Origin: Gemmatimonadales bacterium
GTDB lineage: Bacteria > Gemmatimonadota > Gemmatimonadetes > Gemmatimonadales > GWC2-71-9
Length of the DNA stretch: 64,000 bases
Assembly: GCA_036505175.1 (NCBI GenBank)
Contig: DASXTV010000049.1
Location: 33,110 to 97,109, forward strand
Direction of reading: 5' to 3'
Below are positions 25,715 through 34,042 of the stretch, in pieces. A program made the position numbers and the translations under genes. Position 1 is the stretch's first letter; each line of letters starts with the position of its first letter. Under the pieces are notes generated by a model that was not told where the DNA came from, ran no database searches, and was given only the letters and a program-made list of their open reading frames with translations.

Positions 25715-26775
25715 TGGCTTCCCGCAAAAAACGGCTCGATCCGTCGATCTTTCATCTTCCCGTCGACAAGATGCGGGAGGGCTATTACTCCGACAAATAC
25801 TTCGTACGCGCGCGCGAGCTGTTGCGCAAAGATCGCCACCGCCCCCGCGTGACGATGCAGGTGTTCGGAAAGGCGCACGCCTACCTGGGCGGCATCGACG
25901 AGGCGATCGCGATTCTGAAATTGTGCGCGGAACGCTGGGACGAGCTGGTGGTCCACGCGCTCTACGATGGAGACGAGATCCAGCCGTGGGAGACGGTACT
26001 CCTCATCGAAGGCCCGTACGACGCATTCGCCGTGCTGGAGACGCTCTATCTGGGCGTGCTCGCCCGGCGCACGCGCGTTGGGACGAACACGCGGCAGGTC
26101 GTCGAGGCGGCGAAGCCGAAGGAAGTGATGTTCTTCCCGGCGCGGCACGACCACTGGCTGGTGCAGACCGGCGACGGCTACGCCGCACACATCGCCGGCG
26201 CGATCGGCGTTTCCACCGACGCCCAGGCATCGTGGTGGGGCTCCGAAGGCATCGGCACCGTGCCCCACGCGCTCATCGCCGCCTACCACGGGGATACGGT
26301 CCTTGCCTCGCGCAAGTTCGCCGAGCAGAGCGATACCGCGATTCGGCTCATCACGCTGGTGGATTTCGACAACGATTGCGTGGGCACGTCACTCGCGGCG
26401 GCGCGTGAGCTGGGGGACCGGCTGTACGGCGTCCGGCTCGACACCTCTGAGACGCTCGTGGACAAATCGGTCATTCCCCAGATGGGGACGTTCAAGCCGA
26501 CCGGCGTGAATCCGCAATTGGTGCGAAACGTCCGCCACGCGCTCGACGCCGAGGGCTATCGGCGCGTCAAGATTGTGGTCTCCGGTGGCTTTACCGTCGA
26601 AAAGATCCGCCAGTTTGAGGACGAGGACGTTCCCGTGGACGCCTATGGCGTGGGATCGAGCCTGTTCCAGGGACGGTTCGATTTCACGGCCGACGTCGTG
26701 ATGCTCGAAGGGAAACCGTGCGCCAAGGTGGGGCGGTCGTATCGACCTAATCCACGATTGGAACGGGTGACGTAG
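25714..26775 (+). CDS. pncB: Nicotinate phosphoribosyltransferase (archaeal/type II PRTase-like)
   Basis: Family segments: YYSDKYF, GGIDEA, LIEGPY, TLYLG, FPARH, VRLDTS. I prefer the start at ATG 25714 (TGATG overlap). The track start is 25696. Confidence 0.78.
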   Translation: MASRKKRLDPSIFHLPVDKMREGYYSDKYFVRARELLRKDRHRPRVTMQVFGKAHAYLGGIDEAIAILKLCAERWDELVVHALYDGDEIQPWETVLLIEGPYDAFAVLETLYLGVLARRTRVGTNTRQVVEAAKPKEVMFFPARHDHWLVQTGDGYAAHIAGAIGVSTDAQASWWGSEGIGTVPHALIAAYHGDTVLASRKFAEQSDTAIRLITLVDFDNDCVGTSLAAARELGDRLYGVRLDTSETLVDKSVIPQMGTFKPTGVNPQLVRNVRHALDAEGYRRVKIVVSGGFTVEKIRQFEDEDVPVDAYGVGSSLFQGRFDFTADVVMLEGKPCAKVGRSYRPNPRLERVT

Positions 26776-26794
26776 GGCGCTGGAAGGGTTGGAT

Positions 26795-26822
26795 GTAGGG
26801 GCGCAGCATGCTGCGCCCCTAC
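26795..26822. repeat. 28-bp GTAG palindrome, copy 2, with a degenerate second hairpin at 26837-26852
   Basis: An exact copy, read directly. It is followed by GCGTAGCATGTTGCGC, the core with two C>T changes, which can still pair as G-U in RNA. Confidence 0.85.
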
Positions 26823-26872
26823 GTCAGACGCACCTTGCGTAGCATGTTGCGCCTGCATAATTTTCCGCTCAA

Positions 26873-27832
26873 ATGAATAATCATGCATCTATCCCGGTCG
26901 GCGTGCTGGGGGCGTCCGGCTATGTCGGTCAGGAATTGTTGCGCCTGTTGCACGGCCACCCCGGCGCCACCGTCGCCTTTGCGACCGCCGAGTCCGCGGC
27001 CGGCGAGTTTGTCGACGGTCATGAGCTCATCAAAGCCGATGACGCGCCCTGGCAGCAGGCGGAGATCATCTTGTCGGCGTTACCGCATGGCGTGTCCGCC
27101 CGCTACGTCCACGAGGCACGCGCCGGCGGCAAGCGGACCGTAGACCTTTCCGCCGATTTCCGGCTGTCGCCCGAGGCCGTGTACGGGCTCACGGAGTTCA
27201 CGCGCCCGCGTCTCGCCGCTGCGGAGCTCGTCGCTAATCCCGGATGCTATCCGACCGCCGCGCTGCTGGCGTTGATCCCGCTCGCGCAGCTCGGACTGAT
27301 CGATCCCTCGCGCGAGGTCATCATCGACGCGGCCTCCGGCGTCACCGGTGCGGGACGCAATCCCAAACGCGAGCTGCTGTTCGGAGAAGTCGCCGAGGAT
27401 TATCGCGCCTATGCGATCGGCAATACGCACCGTCATCTCGCCGAGCTGAAGCAGTCATTGTCGCGCGAGGGGGGCTTCACGGGCGATCTCGTGTTCACAC
27501 CGCACCTGTTGCCGGTGAAGCGCGGAATTCTCGAAACGATTCATGTCCCGCTGACGCGTGTGATCGATCAGGCGACCGCCGAAGGGCTCTACGACGCCGT
27601 CTACGATGACGAGCCGTGTGTGCAGGTCATGCATGGCGCGCTGCCGTCGCTCAAGGATGTGGTGTACCGCAACCGGGTCGCGATCGGCGTCGCGGAGGTT
27701 GCCGACGTGCGCCGGCCTCGCCTCACCGTCATCGCGGCGATCGACAACCTCGTGAAGGGCGCGGCGGGGCAAGCGATCCAGAACATGAACGTGATGCTCG
27801 GGCTGCCGGAGACGGCGGGCTTGGCGTGTTAA
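26873..27832 (+). CDS. argC: N-acetyl-gamma-glutamyl-phosphate reductase
   Basis: 319 aa. Motifs: VLGASGYVGQELLRLL, NPGCYPT (catalytic Cys), IDNLVKGAAGQA. Confidence 0.93.
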   Translation: MNNHASIPVGVLGASGYVGQELLRLLHGHPGATVAFATAESAAGEFVDGHELIKADDAPWQQAEIILSALPHGVSARYVHEARAGGKRTVDLSADFRLSPEAVYGLTEFTRPRLAAAELVANPGCYPTAALLALIPLAQLGLIDPSREVIIDAASGVTGAGRNPKRELLFGEVAEDYRAYAIGNTHRHLAELKQSLSREGGFTGDLVFTPHLLPVKRGILETIHVPLTRVIDQATAEGLYDAVYDDEPCVQVMHGALPSLKDVVYRNRVAIGVAEVADVRRPRLTVIAAIDNLVKGAAGQAIQNMNVMLGLPETAGLAC

Positions 27833-27843
27833 GGCGGCGTTCA

Positions 27844-27923
27844 ATTCACAGGCTAAAGCCTGTGCTCGGCACTGCAGTGTCCTCAAGGACAACGCGTACC
27901 GAGCACACCCTTGAGGGTGTGAA
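27844..27923 (+). repeat. 80-nt multi-hairpin element between argC and argB
   Basis: ATTCACA/TGTGAAT form the outer stem. There are two local hairpins, CACAGGCT-AA-AGCCTGTG and CACACCCT-TG-AGGGTGTG. The central pairing is GCTCGG...CCGAGC, which contains CACTG/CAGTG and GTCCT-CA-AGGAC. Confidence 0.75.
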
Positions 27924-27929
27924 TCACCT

Positions 27930-28712
27930 ATGCTGAACGTGCGCGTCGTGAAGATCGGCGGCAACGAGCTCGATCGGCCCGAATGGGTCGCCGAGTGCGC
28001 TCGCGCCTTGAGCACGATCGGTCATGCCGTCGTCGTCCACGGCGGTGGCCGGGCGGTGAGCGACTGGTCGCGCCGGCTCGGTCTTCCCGTCGAGCAACGG
28101 GATGGCCTGCGCGTGACGACGCCTGAGATTGCCCAGCTCGTGGAGATGGTGCTGGGAGGGCCGATGAATCGACTCCTGGTGACCGCGCTCCGCGCCGCCG
28201 GCCTGGATGCGATCGGCCTATCGGGTGTGGACGGCGGCCTGCTGAGTGCCCAGCCGCTCCAGAACGGAACGGCGCTCGGTGAGGTCGGCGAGATCGTGGA
28301 CGTGCGGGCGTCGCTGCTGCAGAGTCTCCTGCTTGCGGGGTTCACGCCCGTGCTGGCGCCGGTCGCTCCATCACTCACAGCGCCCGTCCGGCCCCTCAAC
28401 GTGAACGCCGACCAGGCGGCCGCGGCCATTGCCGCGGCCCTGGGCGCGCACGAGCTGGTGTTTGTGTCCGATGTTCCCGGCGTAACGATCGCAGGCGTCA
28501 CCCAGCCCACCCTTGCGGCGGCCGAAATCGAGACAATGATTGAGGCAGGCGTTGCGACCGGCGGCATGGCCGCCAAGTTGCGCGCCGCCGCGCAGGCATT
28601 GGGGGCGGGTGTACGGGCCGTCCGGATTGGCGATCTCGGCATGTTCGAGCATGCCACCGCCGGCACCCGCCTCCTCGCGACTCCTCCTGCAACCGCAGCG
28701 CAACCCGCGTGA
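27930..28712 (+). CDS. argB: Acetylglutamate kinase
   Basis: 260 aa in the amino-acid kinase fold. Motifs: VVKIGGNEL, VVVHGGG, NVNADQAA. Confidence 0.92.
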   Translation: MLNVRVVKIGGNELDRPEWVAECARALSTIGHAVVVHGGGRAVSDWSRRLGLPVEQRDGLRVTTPEIAQLVEMVLGGPMNRLLVTALRAAGLDAIGLSGVDGGLLSAQPLQNGTALGEVGEIVDVRASLLQSLLLAGFTPVLAPVAPSLTAPVRPLNVNADQAAAAIAAALGAHELVFVSDVPGVTIAGVTQPTLAAAEIETMIEAGVATGGMAAKLRAAAQALGAGVRAVRIGDLGMFEHATAGTRLLATPPATAAQPA

Positions 28713-29875
28713 CAATGCCGCTGACCACCGCCGACGCTTCGGCATTGCTGGGCGTCTATGCGCGCGTCGGCCCGCTCTTCGTCGCCGGCGAAGGGTCCGA
28801 GCTCATCGCCGAGGACGGCACTCGCTACCTCGACTTCGTCGCCGGCATCGCGGTCACCGCCCTGGGCTACAACAGCCCGGTCATTCGCGAAGCCGTCCTG
28901 CGCGCGCTCGACTCGGGGCTGGTCCACGTCTCGAACCTGTATCGCACGGAGCCGGGCGAGCGGCTCGCGGCCGAGCTCACGAAGTCGTGCGGCGGTCAGG
29001 CGTTCTTCTGTAATTCGGGCGCGGAAGCGAACGAGGGCGCGTTCAAGTTCGCGCGCAAGTGGTCGAAGAAAACCGAGATCGTCGCGTTCAGCGGCTCGTT
29101 TCATGGCCGGCTGTTCGCCTCCCTCGCCGCAACCGATCGCCCCGACTACAGGCGGGCCTTCGAGCCGCTGCTCGCCGGCGTGCAGATCGTGCCGCTCGGG
29201 GATCTCGAGGCGGCAAAGCGCGCCATCACGAGAGAGCGGACGGCCGCGGTCATCATCGAGCCGGTGCAGGGCGAAGGCGGTGTGCGTCCGGTACCCGCTG
29301 AGTTTCTGGTCTTCCTGCGGGAGCTCTGCAACGACACGGGAACCGCGTTGATCTTCGACGAAGTGCAGTGCGGCCTGGGCCGCACCGGGACATTTTTTGC
29401 CTCGGAGGCTTCGGGCGTCGTGCCCGACATGTACACGCTGGCGAAGCCGCTCGGCGGTGGACTGCCCATGGGCGCGATCCTCGTGAGTGATGCGATTGCT
29501 GCAACCCTCGCGCCCGGCGACCACGCGACCACATTCGGTGGCGGTCCCTTTGTCGCAACGGTGGCGCTCGACGTCGTGCGCACCATCGCCGAGCCGGACT
29601 TCCTCGCGGCCGTGAGAGAAAAGGGCGAGTGGCTCGGGGCGCGGTTGAATCGCCTCGCCGCCGGCTCTCGTCGCATTCGCGAAACCCGCGGCCTTGGACT
29701 CATGTGGGGCCTAGAGCTCAACGAGGTCGCGGCGCCGGTCATCGTCGCGGCGCGCGAGCGCCACCTGCTGGTTCTGACCGCCGGCCTGACGGTGATTCGC
29801 ATCGTGCCGCCGCTGACGATCACTCGCGCGGAGCTCGAGCGCGGTGTCACGATCCTCGAGGAGGTGCTCGCGTGA
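28709..29875 (+). CDS. argD: Acetylornithine aminotransferase (class III)
   Basis: 388 aa. Motifs: NSGAEANEGAFK, FDEVQCGLGRTG, and TLAKPLGGG (the PLP Lys). Confidence 0.9.
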   Translation: MTMPLTTADASALLGVYARVGPLFVAGEGSELIAEDGTRYLDFVAGIAVTALGYNSPVIREAVLRALDSGLVHVSNLYRTEPGERLAAELTKSCGGQAFFCNSGAEANEGAFKFARKWSKKTEIVAFSGSFHGRLFASLAATDRPDYRRAFEPLLAGVQIVPLGDLEAAKRAITRERTAAVIIEPVQGEGGVRPVPAEFLVFLRELCNDTGTALIFDEVQCGLGRTGTFFASEASGVVPDMYTLAKPLGGGLPMGAILVSDAIAATLAPGDHATTFGGGPFVATVALDVVRTIAEPDFLAAVREKGEWLGARLNRLAAGSRRIRETRGLGLMWGLELNEVAAPVIVAARERHLLVLTAGLTVIRIVPPLTITRAELERGVTILEEVLA

Positions 29876-30372
29876 CCGGTCTCTCGATCAAGCCACGTCG
29901 CGCTCCCCAACCGGAAACGACCCTGCGCCCGGCCACGCTCGCCGACGTCGCCGCGATGGAAACGCTGATGGCGCCGTTCGTGGCCACCGGCGATCTCCTG
30001 CCGCGCTCGAACTACGACCTGTGCCGGCACATCAAGGAATACGTCGTCGCGTTGGCGCCGGACGGCAGCATCGTCGGCACCGGAAGTCTCAAGGTGTACA
30101 GCACGCAGCTCGCCGAGATCGCCGGCCTCGCAGTGCGCGACGATCAGCAGGGGCGGGGTGTGGGAAAGGCGTTGGTCGAAGCGCTCCTCGTGGACGCGCG
30201 GGCGCTCGGATTGAACGAAGTTTTCGGCCTGACGCGTAAACCCCTTTTCTTTATGCGACTTGGCTTTCGCGTAGCAGAAAAGGAGCAATTCCCGCTCAAG
30301 GTCTGGGCTGACTGCGCCCGCTGCCCGCGCCAGCACGCCTGCGACGAAGTGGCCGTAGCGCTGACGCTTTAG
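29872..30372 (+). CDS. Single-domain GNAT acetyltransferase, candidate short N-acetylglutamate synthase
   Basis: The start was re-set to GTG 29872 (GTGA overlap with argD). The GNAT acetyl-CoA motif is QQGRGVGKALVEAL. Its position in the arg cluster suggests an ArgA-like role (inference). Confidence 0.7.
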   Translation: MTGLSIKPRRAPQPETTLRPATLADVAAMETLMAPFVATGDLLPRSNYDLCRHIKEYVVALAPDGSIVGTGSLKVYSTQLAEIAGLAVRDDQQGRGVGKALVEALLVDARALGLNEVFGLTRKPLFFMRLGFRVAEKEQFPLKVWADCARCPRQHACDEVAVALTL

Positions 30373-30399
30373 CCGCCCCCCGTCTAGATTTCCCGTCCC

Positions 30400-31071
30400 A
30401 TGCCCACTTCTCGCGTCATCTTTTGGGACGTCGACACCCAATACGACTTCATGAAGGCGGATGGCACGCTGTACGTGCCGGATGCCGAGCAGCTTATTCC
30501 CAATCTCAAGAAGCTCACGGACTTTGCCCACGGGCACGGCATCCGGATCGTGGCGAGCGCCGACGATCATGTCCGCGAGCACCCCGAGATCTCGGCAAAC
30601 CCGGACTGGAAGACCACGTTTCCCCCCCACTGCCTCCGGGGGACGGCCGGGCAGCGCAAAATCGCCGAAACTGCCCTACGGGATCCGCTCGTGATCGAGC
30701 CGGAGCCGCAGGACGGCGCAGCGCTTGCGACTCGGATCCACAACCATCGTGGCGACATCCTCTTTCACAAGCACCGGTTCGATGTCTTCTCTAATCCGAA
30801 TGTCCTCCCTGTGCTCGACGCTCTGAATCCGCACGACATCGTTTTGTATGGCGTCGCCCTCGACGTCTGCGACAAGTACGCCATCGAGGGCCTGCTCCAG
30901 CACCGGCCCCACGTTCGCCTCTTTGCGGTCGTGGACGCCATGAAGCCGATCGACCGTGACGTCGCTGAGCACCTCCTCAAGGAATGGGGCGAGGAGGGTG
31001 TGCGGCTGGTGAAGACGAGTGAGGTCGTGATGGGTGGTCTCGTCGAAGAGCTGGAGCGGGCCAGCGCATGA
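30400..31071 (+). CDS. pncA: Nicotinamidase/pyrazinamidase (isochorismatase-fold cysteine hydrolase)
   Basis: 223 aa. Motifs: WDVDTQYDF, SADDH, FPPHCLRGTAG, GVALDVCD (the nucleophile Cys). Confidence 0.75.
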   Translation: MPTSRVIFWDVDTQYDFMKADGTLYVPDAEQLIPNLKKLTDFAHGHGIRIVASADDHVREHPEISANPDWKTTFPPHCLRGTAGQRKIAETALRDPLVIEPEPQDGAALATRIHNHRGDILFHKHRFDVFSNPNVLPVLDALNPHDIVLYGVALDVCDKYAIEGLLQHRPHVRLFAVVDAMKPIDRDVAEHLLKEWGEEGVRLVKTSEVVMGGLVEELERASA

Positions 31072-32180
31072 CATCCACGGCATCCGTTCCGACACACGCA
31101 GTCGCTGTCCCCACATTCGGCAAGTTCTTCCTTCCCGGACCGACGGACGTTCATCCCGAGGTTCTGGAGGCCATGATCCGGCCGATGATCGGGCATCGCT
31201 CCTCGGCGATGGAAAAGCTGCTGCAGAACGTTGCCCCGAAGCTTGGCGCCGTATGCCGCACGGCGCGGCCCGTGTTCATCGGCACCAATTCCGCGACCGG
31301 CTTCATGGAGATGGCGGTGCGCAACGGCGTCCGCCGGCGGGCGCTGTCGCTCGTGAACGGCGCCTTCAGCGAGCGGTTCGCGGGGATCGTTGGTGCATGC
31401 GGCAAGGAGTGTATCCGGCTCGACGTGCCGCTCGGGGCGGCGGTCGAACCCGACATGCTGCGTGACGCGCTGAAGCGCACTCCGGTGGACGCGGTGACGT
31501 GCGTCCATTCCGAGACCTCCACCGGGGTGCTGCAGGACGTCGCCGCGTACGCCGAGGTGGTCCAAGAGTTCGATCAGGTGCTGCTGCTCGTCGATTGCGT
31601 GACGTCGATGGTGGGCTCGCCCGTAGAGACCGACGCTTGGAAGCTCGACTTCGCTTTCACCGGCTCTCAAAAAGCGCTGGCGTTGCCCCCGGGTCTCGCG
31701 CTCGGCGTGGCATCGGAGCGGATGGTCAATCGCGCCAAGACGCTCGACGAGCGCGGCGCGTACTTCGACCTGATCAGTTTCCTGACGGCCACGACCAGAT
31801 TTCAGCCGACCAACACGCCCGCCGTGTCGCTGCTCTACGCGCTCGAGGTGCAGCTTGCGCGGATCGAGCGCGAGGGCGGTATCGAAGCCCGCTGGAGACG
31901 GCATGACGCGATGCGGCGGCGCGTCGAGGAGTGGAGCGCCGAGCACGGCGTGAAGTTCCTGCCGCGCGAGGGCCACCACAGCTGGACTGTGTCCTGTCTC
32001 CGGCTGCCCGAAGGGAAGCATTCCAAGGACGTCGTCGGGGCGTTGAAGCAGCAGGGATGGACGATCGGGTCAGGGTATGGCGCCCTCAAGGGCTCGACGA
32101 TCCGCATCGGGCACATGGGAGACCACACCGTCGCGGCGCTGGACGAGCTGTTGCCGCTGATCGGCCAGGCCCTGGAATGA
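31068..32180 (+). CDS. Class-V aminotransferase (AGXT/phosphoserine aminotransferase-like)
   Basis: 370 aa. FTGSQKALALPPG carries the PLP Lys. ATGA overlaps on both sides, and the gene lies directly upstream of serA. Confidence 0.82.
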   Translation: MTSTASVPTHAVAVPTFGKFFLPGPTDVHPEVLEAMIRPMIGHRSSAMEKLLQNVAPKLGAVCRTARPVFIGTNSATGFMEMAVRNGVRRRALSLVNGAFSERFAGIVGACGKECIRLDVPLGAAVEPDMLRDALKRTPVDAVTCVHSETSTGVLQDVAAYAEVVQEFDQVLLLVDCVTSMVGSPVETDAWKLDFAFTGSQKALALPPGLALGVASERMVNRAKTLDERGAYFDLISFLTATTRFQPTNTPAVSLLYALEVQLARIEREGGIEARWRRHDAMRRRVEEWSAEHGVKFLPREGHHSWTVSCLRLPEGKHSKDVVGALKQQGWTIGSGYGALKGSTIRIGHMGDHTVAALDELLPLIGQALE

Positions 32181-33787
32181 CGCCGCCGTGGCGCGTCGTC
32201 GTCGCTGACCGCGTAGCGGGAAGCGGCCTGGACCTCCTCTCCAATACCCCCGACATCGAAGTCGTTGACGTCGCCGGCAAGCCGGCCGAGCTCGACAAGG
32301 CGGTCGCCGGCGCGCACGCGCTGATTGTCCGCAGCGAAACGCGCGTCACCGCGAGCCTGATGGCACGCGCGCCGCACCTGCGCGTGGTCGCGCGCGCGGG
32401 CACGGGCGTGGACACGATCGATGTGCCGGCGGCGACACGGCGCGGTATTGCCGTGATGAATACACCCGGCGCCAATACCGTCAGTGCGGGCGAGCATGCG
32501 ATGGGTCTGCTGCTGGCCCTCGTGCGCCGCATCTCCGACGCGGCGGCCGCGATGCGGCGCGGGGAATGGGACCGCAAGCGCTTCGAAGGCACCGAGCTGC
32601 GCGGCAAGACGATGGGCGTCGTGGGCCTGGGGCGCATCGGCGGCCATGTCGCTCAGTTGGCCCGCGCCTTCGGCATGCAGGTGGTTGGCCACGATCCCTA
32701 TCTGCTGCCTGAGCGCGCCGGCGAGCTGCACGTCCGGCTGCTGACGCTCGAGGCGCTGCTCCGCGCAGCCGACGTCGTCACGCTGCACGTCGCGCTGACC
32801 GATCAGACGCATCACCTCATCGACGCGACGCGCCTGAAGTTGATGAAACCGACTGCGGTGCTGATCAACACCGCGCGCGGCGAGCTGGTAGACGAAGCGG
32901 CGCTCGCGGACGCGATCAAAGAGAAGCGTATCGGCGGCGCGGCGATCGATGTCTTCGCCGTCGAGCCGCTCCCAGCGGACTCGCCGCTCCGGGCGCTCGA
33001 TCGCGTGATCCTGACGCCGCACCTCGCTGCGTCGACCGCGGAAGCGCAGGAGCGGGTCGCGATGGAGATCTGCAGCGCCGTGCGCGAGGCGCTGGTCGCC
33101 GGCGATCTGTCGTTCGCGATCAACGTACCCGGAATGGGCGGAGACCTGCTGCGGCGGCTCGCACCAATGCTCGATCTGGCACGCCGCCTGGGTCGCCTGG
33201 CGCTCGCTCTGGCAGAGGGACCGGTGAAAGCCGTCGAAGTGTTTTACGGCGGCAAGGAGGAGGCGGCACAACGGCCAGTTCTGGTCGCGGCGCTCGAAGG
33301 GTTGCTGTCGGCCATGAATGCGGGCCCGGTGAGCCTGGTGAACGCGCAGGTGCTCGCCGAGGAGAAGGGCATTCAGCTCGGCACGCGTACCGGCGCGCCG
33401 GAGACGGGGTTCGAAACGTCGATCGGCGTAAAGGTCGACACCGCGCGTGGCCGCGTGCGCGTCACCGGCGCGCTGATCGGCGACAGCCACGGACGCGTGA
33501 TCCGCATCGACGACTTCCATGTGGACGTCGTGCCGGATGGGTGGATGCTCGTCATCCGCAACCGCGACGTTCCCGGCGTGATCGGGCGCGTGGGGTCGGC
33601 GCTCGGCAGCGCCGGCATCAACATCGCGAGCTATCACCAGGCACGGAAGTCGCCGCAGAGCGGGGCAGGGCCCAGCGATGCCCTCGCGGCGATCAACGTC
33701 GATCAGGCATTGACCAACGGCGTGCTCGACAAGCTGCAGGGATTGCCGGACGTGCTCGAGGTCCGGTTGGCGAATTTCGGCGACTAG
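32177..33787 (+). CDS. serA: D-3-phosphoglycerate dehydrogenase with C-terminal ACT domain
   Basis: The start was re-set to ATG 32177 (MTPPWRVVVADR). Motifs: GVVGLGRIGGHVA, NTARGELVD, TPHLAAST. The C-terminal ACT-like segment is NRDVPGVIGRVGSALG. Confidence 0.92.
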   Translation: MTPPWRVVVADRVAGSGLDLLSNTPDIEVVDVAGKPAELDKAVAGAHALIVRSETRVTASLMARAPHLRVVARAGTGVDTIDVPAATRRGIAVMNTPGANTVSAGEHAMGLLLALVRRISDAAAAMRRGEWDRKRFEGTELRGKTMGVVGLGRIGGHVAQLARAFGMQVVGHDPYLLPERAGELHVRLLTLEALLRAADVVTLHVALTDQTHHLIDATRLKLMKPTAVLINTARGELVDEAALADAIKEKRIGGAAIDVFAVEPLPADSPLRALDRVILTPHLAASTAEAQERVAMEICSAVREALVAGDLSFAINVPGMGGDLLRRLAPMLDLARRLGRLALALAEGPVKAVEVFYGGKEEAAQRPVLVAALEGLLSAMNAGPVSLVNAQVLAEEKGIQLGTRTGAPETGFETSIGVKVDTARGRVRVTGALIGDSHGRVIRIDDFHVDVVPDGWMLVIRNRDVPGVIGRVGSALGSAGINIASYHQARKSPQSGAGPSDALAAINVDQALTNGVLDKLQGLPDVLEVRLANFGD

Positions 33788-33797
33788 CGGTCCTCAA

Positions 33798-34006
33798 CAG
33801 CAGGTCCTTCGCTACGCGCGCGTTCCGCGCGCTTCGCTCAGGATGACAAGCTGCGCGCGCTCTTGTTAGGGGATGGGAAAAAAGAGGGAGAGGGACAGGG
33901 GGTAGGAGCGTCCGCACTCTACCGTTCTAGTTCCTACTCCCTTTTTTCCACTCTCAGGAAGCGGGTGAGCCTGTTATCCTGAGCGCCGCAGGCGCGAAGG
34001 ACCTGC
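33798..34006. repeat. Composite nested inverted repeat (~210 bp) in the serA / DPP-IV intergenic region
   Basis: The outer arms are AGCAGGTCCTTCGC...CGCTCAGGAT (33798-33850) and ATCCTGAGCG...GCGAAGGACCTGCT (33971-34006). The inner inverted repeat is GGAAAAAAGAGGGAG...TAGGAG versus CCTACTCCCTTTTTTCC. There is also a local hairpin, GCGCGCG-ttc-CGCGCGC. Confidence 0.8.
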
Positions 34007-34042
34007 TTTCACCATGAATTCCTGTAAATCAAGGAGCGAAGC

